NCBI GenBank assembly: GCA_965153455.1
Contig: OZ234493.1
Location: 36,446,213-36,510,212 of the forward strand
DNA: 64,000 bases
Direction: 5' to 3'
Origin: Sphagnum compactum
Lineage: Eukaryota
In this document: piece by piece, positions 54,201-64,000 of the stretch
Position numbering within the stretch: position 1 is the stretch's first letter
How the letters are laid out: each line of letters starts with the position of its first letter
Position numbers and translations under genes: made by a program
Notes under the pieces: generated by a model
Told to the model about the DNA's origin: nothing
The model's database searches: none
The model's input: the letters and a program-made list of their open reading frames with translations, nothing else

Positions 54201-55827
54201 TCAATCAACTCAATTGATGCTTGGGGGAATCTGAGGGTACAGGTGACCTTATTCTCAGGGTTTGTGAACTATGACATGGTTCGAAATGCTTATGAAGGTG
54301 AGATTTTGTGCCTACAATCTAAAATAAAGAATGATGGTGTGTCTGCAGACAAGGATGACTGACCCTCTCTTGTGCTTCCTTGCTCGAGATAGACAGTTCC
54401 TGATGGAATTATAAGGCTAGATGTGATACCCCAAAGCTCACCCCATAGCTCCCCTCAACTCTTTTGTTGATGACTTTCAATCAGGATCCCCTTTTAGACC
54501 TTTTCCAGATTGTATACATTTGGCATGCCAATAGTAAATTATGAATTTTCAACCAATTGTATGCTGCCATGAGTCTCACCACAACTTCACTGAGATGTTT
54601 GTCTTATTCAATGTATCAGATATGCTGCAACCTTAGATGAAATAAACACATCACTGGTGGTAAAGAAAGGTGAAATTTTGTTGAGTGCATGAAGAAAGTA
54701 TAGACACACTTCCAATAAGGAACAGTGCTCACGATTCCTTGGGAAGAGGCTCTTCCTTATATGCTAGTTCCACTTGCATCCTCTGTCTGCTGACAATATG
54801 GCCAATCAATATGTTCATCCACCAACGGGTAGCATGTGAACATGTTAGGAATATTGGGAGCTGGACATGGTGTAATAAACTTTACACTAAATCCATGATA
54901 GCGTGTCAATAGACATCCTAGTAATAGTGCCCCTTTGCACTGGAAGGAAGTATATTGAAACAATGCAGAAATTCTTGAAGCATTGAAACACTGAAACACA
55001 CCTAGTCAGCTTCCAGTCAACAGGATTGTGAACATTTGAATATTAAGGTATGTTGAATCCGGGGGGCTGTTTGGACAGGTGGACAAGGAAAGCGGGGACT
55101 CATGTTACCATTTTCATCAGCAGGAAAGTCAGAGCTCTTGGTCATGAGGGGCCCTGGTGGGCGGGGTGCTTTGGATGTAGCGGTATCAGCAGTCTCTGGT
55201 ATGAGTACTGTCTCCCTTTACAGTATGCCTGATTAATGGTTGAGGATTGTCATCTTCTGAAGGACAGGAGACAATGAGCCACTGTTGTTACTAATGAATT
55301 TTCCATCCATTGAGAAAAATGGGGTTGAAAATGGAACTGTGCACTCCCTGATAGTGAGAAGGATATCAGCTTCTGGATGGCAACTGGTTTTTCTAAGGAA
55401 GGAAGTCATATGCTTGATGTTAACATGTCCAATAAATTGGAGCAGGTCAAAACGACACCTTCAACCAACCAGTTCCATCTCCCACAAATGCAGGAGCAAA
55501 GATGGGGTTAGGTACAATCATGCGAAAGGCAGCAACAGTTGCAAAGCAGGCCATTGCAGCAGCAGCAGCAGTGCAAAGGGATGATGCCAGTGGCCCTCTC
55601 CCCCTCCGATGTTGTCTCATGTCCCTTTCATTGCCTTGGGACACTCTTGCCCATGACCTCCTCTATAAGGTACTTACAGCTGCAGTTAAATATTGGCTTG
55701 ATCCTCAGATGAAAATACAGAGTCCATTGTCTTTTTGACCATTTTCTGGAAACTTCTTAATGTAGTAGTTTGATTCATTTAGGTTGACCTTCAGAAGAAG
55801 GATATATTCTCTGCTGAAACATTGTAG
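51284..55827 (+). CDS. KIAA0930/DUF2045-like conserved uncharacterised protein, about 460 aa
   Basis: Exons 51284-51393, 51640-51714, 52155-52338, 52485-52595, 52782-52888, 53132-53255, 53545-53619, 53816-53968, 54243-54297, 55079-55198, 55446-55669 and 55783-55827. All are GT-AG and in frame. Motifs DDDLVFFVR, FFVRRW, VDWQRSFYLNLICH, VYASPS, YPDICFVVDDYD, TLFSGFV, MRGPGGRG and LSLPW. The first and last exons are less certain. Confidence 0.88.
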
Positions 55828-58800
55828 AACAATGTCTCTCCTTGCTCCCATCACGCAATAGGTAACAGAGGCTACAGTGTTCCCTGATTCTTCACTTAAG
55901 GACCTAGGTTCCCGCAGCGTTTGATGATCAGTACAGCTAGTAAGTCCATTATAGCTGGGTTTCTTATTACTGGTGACATCTAGCATGAGTTGGATTGGTT
56001 ATTATGGGTGACATCTAACTTCATCTGGCCTAGTAATGAATATAGCCCCACAACCACTTTGCAAGATGGTCATGAACCATAGCTAGTAAACTATTGGCTT
56101 GGTGGTGTTTTGCAAGTGTTTTATGACTCACAAGTTACATGTTGCTGTTATCGTGCAGGAGCTTTAATCACAAATAGTCAGTATGGCAGTGCCCTAAAGA
56201 CAATCCTGGGAATAAGAAATTGCATGCCTGCCTGGGTTGAGGAATCAAATTTGAAGTCCCATAATATAGGATCAGTTTTCATAGGTTGGTTTTTAATCTG
56301 GTAAATGGAAAAGATTTCTGTCTCTGTGCTAAGTCATTGTTAACAGATTAGGGACATTTGTAAATGTGTTTAGCATCATAGTGGTCCATAATGTTATTAC
56401 CAACCCTTTCAACAATCACAGGAGTGTACTTGGAGCTGAAGGGGTTCAAAACCCCATAATCTTCTTTCCATTATGGTAGATTGGTAACTTTCAACTGTGA
56501 ACTATCTGATGTTCTCACAAACTAGCAGTTAGGTCTCACATTTGTCGATAGAAGGCATTGTCAGCATCAATGCCCATGTATAAAAGTGATGCATATGTGC
56601 CAGATCTATTTTTAGGGTCATCGGCATGTTTGTTTTAGGTGTGTATAGGCTTGTACAGTGTACTTGCTATTTCATAAGTGCAACAAATGCAAAGTGGGGT
56701 GCATACTTTCTTTGAATCAGACCTAACTCCCTCCCACTTTAAGAGAAATCCTCAAATGAGATCTACCTAAAGTGTGTTCTGGCTTGTACAGGCACTATTG
56801 CAGTGTTCAGACTTCCTTGTCCGTGATGTCAAGTATGTACTACTCAACCAGGAATTTATGAAAGGGAATTGAAATTAGCCAGGCCTCCACCCCCAGTCTT
56901 CATACCCAATCCATTTGTCTATCAAGTTTATCTTTTGTGTAGGTTGTGACATAAGCATGAGGTACAGAGTGTAGGGGATTATGTGTGACTTTAGGGCTAG
57001 TAGTTCTTGGATGGTTTCTAGTCTCTATGCAAAATTTGTTGTGCACATCTTCAGGACCAGAACTCCAAGGGATCTTTTACCGTGGATGAGCATTGATGTG
57101 GTATGTCTCTTATTAACAAAATGGAATATCAACTGTTATGGTTTTATCTGCCTACAAATAACATTAACCCCTTCATTCAAATAGTTTGTGTCCATTTGTT
57201 CGTCACATCCAAGACAAATCGGTATTCAGTACTGACTTAGGAGGTGCCCGTTGTTATTTGCCTTGTGTCTTTGTTCTTTGCTTTATGTTGAAGGGTTTTA
57301 ACCTTGAACTATTTTGGGGTTGTGAAAAAATTGTCCAATGTACAAATCTCAATCATATCTGCATGGAATCTGTTAATTGAACTTCCATTTTCCAAGTGTT
57401 GCTCACCTCACCTGTACTGCAGTTGCACAAGCCTAGGTTTTTACAATTCCAGATGGAATGATGGCCATCATATCAATGATGGAAAAGGCAGAAGGTCCCC
57501 CCTGTGCCTAGATAGCTGGTGTAAGATCCCTCTTTTCTACAAGGGATATCTGTTGACACAACGTACTCTCCAAATGCACTACAAGATTTCTCCAAGTGTT
57601 TTTTGTTGCATTTATTATTACATATCCATTACAAGATGGGTGATTGGAAACTTGTGCAATCACATGGAGACATGATGAGGATATTTGGAACATTAGATAT
57701 TGATGTATTCAGAAGGCTAAAAAGTAGTTACAAATCAAGTGTATTTTTAGCTAGAAGTGTATGCAATTGTTCATTATAAACAAGTGCATTTTGAATTATC
57801 TTTTGGCTTGATATGGCCCTTTGATAGAGATGTCAATATTAGATGAGTGAGGTTGCTAATTGATCATTGAATAAGACCCAATCCAGCTTTTAAAGGGTTA
57901 AATGACTTTTTTTGTAAAATTTCTATATTTGGTTTATAGTGTGTAGCCATAAGTTTATAAGGTTGATAAAAAATTTGTACTTCATATCTGGATTGTAGCC
58001 AGATTTGGCTAAATATTTGTGGGATAATTGCTGGAACCCTATCTAGAAATAGTAATTGCACATTTTGGATTGTTATTTCACTGAATTTTTTTTAAAAATA
58101 AATAAAACTATCAAATTCAGTAACCCCATTGGTCTGAAAATGTTGCCCTATTCTTATTGAAGATCTCAAATGAGATCTTTAAAATAAAATGCACAAGTAT
58201 CTTACTAGAACCTTATTTATAAATAACAATTACACATTTTGACTATTACTTTACTCAAGATATACATATATTTTTTAAACCACCAAATTCAATAATCTCA
58301 TTGGTCTCAAAAAAATAAATCTTCAAGCCTACATGTAACCTTATTCTACTTGAAAAAAAATGATCTCTTTCTAACAATTCTATTGGTCCTCCAAACATTT
58401 TCATGAATCTATCAAATCCTATTAAACATGGTTAATGAAGACATTAATAGACCTTTGTGGTATGCTAGAGTTTTCATCGTTGGCAAGTTTTCAGCAATAA
58501 GTGTGTTTGAGGGTTTGGAAAGCGGGGTTTGGGAGCAATAATAGTAATGAGATGGTGACAAGAGGAGCTATTGCTACAAGAGATATTGCACATGCAATTA
58601 GAATTGTTGATGCATGAAAGATGGTGAAGTCGCAATATGAAGCAACCATTAATCTATCTTTGCTTGCAACATTTGTTACATTCTCATCCCATCCAACCAT
58701 AGGTAAGGAGTAGAATCAATAAAATAAACACGCATTGTCCTGAAGGGTTTCCTGACATGGTGTACATTGTTTCATGTTAGAGGCAAAGCATCAATGAACT

Positions 58801-58943
58801 TCTGCAATGGCCAATGGTTAATTAGGGATTTTGGAAAGCCATGGCCAAGCATAAGGTTGAATATGTGGTTTGCATTTTTCTATTACTAGAGTCTATTGTA
58901 ACTTTGGGTATTGATGATGACTATGTTGCGTGTAAATGTTCAA

Positions 58944-59119
58944 GGTGTCCATGAGGTACAAAAGGATAATATGTTATTGAGAAAAAAGTTGGTGCTCATC
59001 ACATTGGATTTTGATATTAACATTCAACATCCTTACAAGCCATTAGTGGTAGCCATTAAGAAGTTTCAGGTGGCTACAAATACACTTGTGCAAGTTGCAT
59101 GGAATTTTGTGAATGATGG
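58944..59119 (+). pseudogene. Isolated, decayed cyclin T exon fragment
   Basis: [58 protein letters not shown] closely follows the plant cyclin T segment (...[46 protein letters not shown], recalled from memory). No other convincing cyclin exons nearby and no GT donor after NDG. Confidence 0.8.
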
Positions 59120-61291
59120 GGGAAATAAGCTTCTGCAAAAGCTTGACCTTTTGTCACCTTTTATCACATGCTTGCAATTAAACTACAGCTCAAGAAAATC
59201 AAAAGGGATTTGTATTTTTGTGAAGAGTTTTTTCCACGATGTTCATATCATGTTGGGATCTTAGCTTCTTGCATATGTGCTATTTCTTGCATATGTGCTA
59301 TTGGCTTGTAGTGGCAACGCCAACTAAAAAGTAGGTCAAGAGGTGTGAGTTTTTAAGATTTTTTGACCCTTCTAATTGTTGACTACCAGTTGTGGGATCA
59401 ACATTTTCAAATTGCAACAAGTTCAATGTAGGAAATTTTTCCCTTTGCTATTTAGACTATGATTCATGTGGGGTGTTTCTTAGTATTACACACAAGGTCA
59501 AGTTGGAATTGCAATTGATCATTGTGTTATATTATGGACACATGCAAGGTGAGCTTACATCCTCTTTGAATTCCATGACTTATTTCAAATTATTGCAGCC
59601 TTTCAAAAATTATTGATGCTCGTCATTGAGGGGACATTAAGCAAAAATCAGTTTTTACAATGTTTGAAGATGTTTAGAATTTTTGCCATATTCTCAAAAT
59701 GGGTTCCCCACTACCATTTGGGTGAAGGGATATTTGGGTAGTACCACTAAAAACCGCCCACCTTAAAATCACCAAAATGTTAGCTTCATTTTAATTATTG
59801 AAAAGACAAATTTCAAAAAGCAATTCCCAATTTTTTATATAATAAGCTCTTAGGAATTGTCACCTTTAATTTTTCGAGCCCTAGACGTCTATAATCAAAA
59901 TTAATGCGAGATATTTTTTGTTTTTGTTTCGTTTCATGGACCTTGTTTCTCAACTTTAAATTTGCTTTTGAATTGTTGCAAATTTTGTAAATGACATATT
60001 ATTTTTCTACCATGCATTTAGCTTACAAAAAATTTAATGTACATGGAGTTGCACACATGAAGCATCTTCCATCCATGTCACCACGTCACCAAAAGAACAA
60101 CCATTTTCAAATAAGCCTTCTCCTCCCCACCTACACTTTTAAGAAAATTCCCAATTTTTTGTCAAGAAAACCAAAAAAAATAAAAAAATAAAAAATAAAA
60201 AATTGCATGAATTACAGAATTTTGAGTATTTTCTTTGTTGAAAATTCAATTAAATTAACAATTAAATGGGGGTTTGGGGGTGCTGTCTTGGTGCCATTGG
60301 AAAGTCCTCAATGAATACAAGTACAATAAGGTGATGTCTTAAGTTTGAGACCTATTTTGTGGGAGCTATTGGGATTTTGAGGAATTTTTCTCATTGAAAA
60401 TTCGATAACGTTTTTTAAAAATCAGACATTTAGCAAACATCAAATTTCACTCACACATATATACTTTGTAAAAAAAGTATGTTACAATATGTGCTCAGCT
60501 AGTGTAAATTTGACTAAATTTTCTTATTTATGAGAAAAAATTGAACAAATTTTTGATACCACAAAATTGGAAAGAAAAAAAAAAAGACACCCCGGTTGTA
60601 ATTATTGGGATACCCACCAAGTGGTCACAGACTTGGAGTATTGAAGTTATTTGGGAATTAGGCTTGATGATGCATATAATAAGTATGTGATATCCCACAA
60701 ATATCTTGACCTTAAAAATACATACCTCACACATAATTATTATGTTTACAATGTAAGGTTAAATGCATGACCGTATGGCATTGTCAAATTACAATTAAAG
60801 AGATTTTACAAGCATACAAAAACCTACCACAATCAAAAGGATTCCATGAATATAGAGTTGAATAATGGCAATGAAGATGTCCCTTATTCACACATCCTTG
60901 CAAATGTTTCTCTTGTAACAACGGTTCGAGTTGAACATGCTTTGTCAAAGTGGAAATTATGTTATCACATTGAATGTGAAATTGACAAAGAACACTACAT
61001 AAAACTATGGCCTATGGATGACCATCGAAACTATGGGAAGAGCCATCGAAACTATGGGAGAGCCATCCATCATGGGGGGTTGATTCACAAAAACAAGAGG
61101 CTCCTGTAAAGTGCCCCCCCCTACATGTAAAATCCCCAATATCTTCTCCTCCTTATATAAGTATTGGGTGTTGATATTTTACCTCCTCCACCATGGCAGA
61201 ATGGGGACATGTGGCAAAGGAAACAAATTGATCATGGATGGAGGTGTTAAGGGGGCCCCATGTCATCTCCTTTGTAATCACATAATCACAT

Positions 61292-61341
61292 GGGTTTAGG
61301 GTTTAGGGTTTAAGGCAAGGCAAACCCTAAACCCTAAACCC
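61292..61341. repeat. Inverted telomere-type repeats (perfect 20-bp stem, 10-nt spacer)
   Basis: GGGTTTAGGGTTTAGGGTTT-AAGGCAAGGC-AAACCCTAAACCCTAAACCC. Confidence 0.9.
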
Positions 61342-64000
61342 TTCTATACTTCAAAAAGCTGTAAGCACCAAAGTTAGGGATTAAAGTTGTAAGGAGTTTT
61401 TAAAAAAAATAAAATAATAATATTGGGAATTCTTGGTGTCAAGTATTATGGGTTTAGGGTTGGTTGCCAGGAGCTTCCCATATGAGATCAGATCAGATCA
61501 GATCAGCCTTATTTATTAAGCTCTCATAATGTATCAAACTTGGGATTAATTGAATACTACTGAGTCCAAAATAATTAACAGCCATCCCTTCTGAACTCAG
61601 ACTTCTGCTGAAGGAGTTAATAACTAAATTACCTACCTCAGACAATTCTGCCACTACCTTAGTGAGGTTCTGTCTCATGCTTTATCAAAACCCATCATAC
61701 TTCTATTGTTCAGTTAAGCTTGTAAAAAATGCTCCATTTGAATCCCAATGTAAAACATTTGCTTTAATGGAGCATCTACACATTATTGCTTTACATGGGC
61801 TTTTTTACACATTGCTATTTTACTACTACTGTTTTTTATTTTCTAGATAATTTCCACCAAAAATGGTGAAAAATTGAGTGTTTTTAAATTTTTTTTTTTT
61901 TAATAAAGTCGCCAATTTTGATATTTTTTCACATTCCAAATTCACCAGACATTCTCTAGTGAACTCCACTGGGTAGCCAAAGCTATAGACGGATGCTTAG
62001 ATTTCTTTAACTTCGTATTTGAAATAGCCAAATCTGGCTAAATCATCGTATGTATGGATGATCACACCACACAGACAAAGAAATTTGGATCTTGATTCTA
62101 TACTCTGTAACTTCAAGTGATTATCCTTTCAAGTTTGAAAAGCCATCACAAAATCCGCAAGCACAAAATCCGCAATTTCATGGGTTTTGGGGTTTTTACC
62201 GTGATCCCAATGTGGGGGGGTCAATTTGCCTTGTCCTAAATGCAATAATATTGAACATGAGAAAAATTTGAATTTGGGCTCCAAGACTATGATATATAGT
62301 TTAACAAATGAGATATTGAATTTGGAGTATGAGACCTGATATATAGTTTTAATAATGGGATATTTTATGATTTGTTGAAGCAACCAAGAAGAATTTTTGG
62401 GATTTTGGCCAATACTATGGGAGTAGGTGCTCAATTGGGGGGTAGATATTGTTTCGCAACCTAGAGGTAGACACCATCATAAACCCTAGGTGAAAGAATT
62501 CTGGAAATTTGGGTATTTGATAGTAGGATATAGTAGTTTCTCACCACTCCTATGATTGAGAAGGCTTGTTCGGCCTTGGGTAAACCATGGTAAATACTAA
62601 AAACCTCATTATCTTGGGTTGCTTTTAAACATTTTAAATTTGGTGCCCATAGATTAAATTAGGGTTTCTGAGTGCCAATTTAGTATTTTGTGAATTTAGT
62701 AATAGAGCCTTCTCCAACATTTGTGGCCAAATTTCTCCATTTGATAAAAAGAAATTATATAGATATAGAGTCAAATACTCCTTTTTCAGAAAATAAATTG
62801 CCAAAAAAAAAATTTAATCCATTTTAAAACACATCGTTCAAGCAAGTAGTCAAGATATAAAAGGATTTTAATAAATTTCTATTGGTCTATAGCCAAACAT
62901 GGCTAAATCTCTTTGTGGATGATCACTCATCTGGCAACATCATAACATTGAAAAAAATCCCATTGCTCGTCATTTAAGAAGGTGAAGGTACGAATGTAAG
63001 TGTTAGTTCACTTTTCTACCACGCTAAAACTTTTTATTCTAATGTTTTTTGAATTTTTGATTTTGAAAGGAACCTTTCGCTTGGTTTTGATTTTTGATTA
63101 TTTTCGATTTGTTTATTTCATACAACTTGTGGTGTGGGTTTAAGCATGGTTCCTTGAATTAACATGGCCAATTTCAAAATCTTACCATAATGATTGTGAA
63201 GTTTGATTTCAATTCCATCTTTACCAATACTTTGAACTCATGATTTAACATATGCAAGACCAAGTTAGAAAATCGACTTAACCCTAAATATCGATCTCTC
63301 CAATCATTTTGTAATTCAAAATAGTGTGAAATGAAATATCACCATGAAAATAAGAAGTGCCATCTAGTTGAGGTGTGAAATGTTTTATGTTAAAGTTGGC
63401 TACATTTATTTCCAAAAATAGGAAGTGTGTCTTCAAAACGATGGTTTCTTTTTCCTTTACGGAAGCTTCTAGCAACAAAAAACAATGGTAAACATATGAG
63501 TAGATGGGATTATTGTGTGTTTTTTTTAGTTTCTTTGTGTTGTTTTGGGAATGAAGAAGCACATGAGTTTGTTGAAGAATTTATGAAGATTTGGTGCCAG
63601 AGGTATGGCATGTGTGGAGGAATGTTGTTGAGGTGGTGAATCAAAAGCAATGCAATGATTTTTAAAAGGGAAATGTTTTTAAAAAGGTTTTTAAGAGAGT
63701 GTGACTTTCATATGTGTGGTGCATTGAGAAATGCATACAATGTTTAGGTTGTGTTTGTTGATTGAGTTGCAACATGTTGTGTGATGGTGCTTTCAACTTT
63801 GTGGTCATAAGGGGAAGTCTCAAGAAAAATTGTTGATATGCATAATCTCCAAGTACTAATAGTGAATTTGGTCGTGGAAAATTGTGGACAATGGATGTGT
63901 ATCATCTCCTATCAACATAATTTATTTAAAATAGGAAAAACATAGGTTAGCTTAGTATGTTGTGAAAAGTGAAACTTTTGTGTCAATGCATGATTTAATG

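Noticed and set aside
59160..59335. TCLQL and RQLK as further cyclin T exons
   Set aside because: The matches are too short to distinguish from chance.

Overview
Eukaryotic, AT-rich plant genomic DNA with GT-AG introns and TTTAGGG-type repeats. A moss such as Sphagnum is my best guess from repeat and gene content, but that is inference. Three spliced genes can be assembled by hand into open reading frames: an LBP/BPI (TULIP-fold) lipid-binding protein (minus, 7 coding exons, about 597 aa), the 20S proteasome alpha-5 subunit (minus, 9 exons, 237 aa) and a KIAA0930/DUF2045-like protein (plus, 12 exons, about 460 aa). A fourth gene has a single coding exon for a 116-aa secreted orphan protein (minus). 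The rest is mostly transposon debris: an L1-like LINE interrupted by an 820-bp solo LTR with a 5-bp TSD, a second non-L1 (RTEX/L2-like) LINE, the 3' end of a restriction-like-endonuclease (CRE-like) retrotransposon, hAT, PIF/Harbinger and gag remnants, a Helitron-like element and several MITE-like repeats. An isolated, decayed cyclin T exon sits in intergenic DNA. I found no multi-gene system that I can support as novel. The best leads are the orphan secreted protein, the RRLL-containing extension on the LBP/BPI protein, the unusual retrotransposon clades and the cyclin T fragment. All family assignments come from motif recognition, not database searches.
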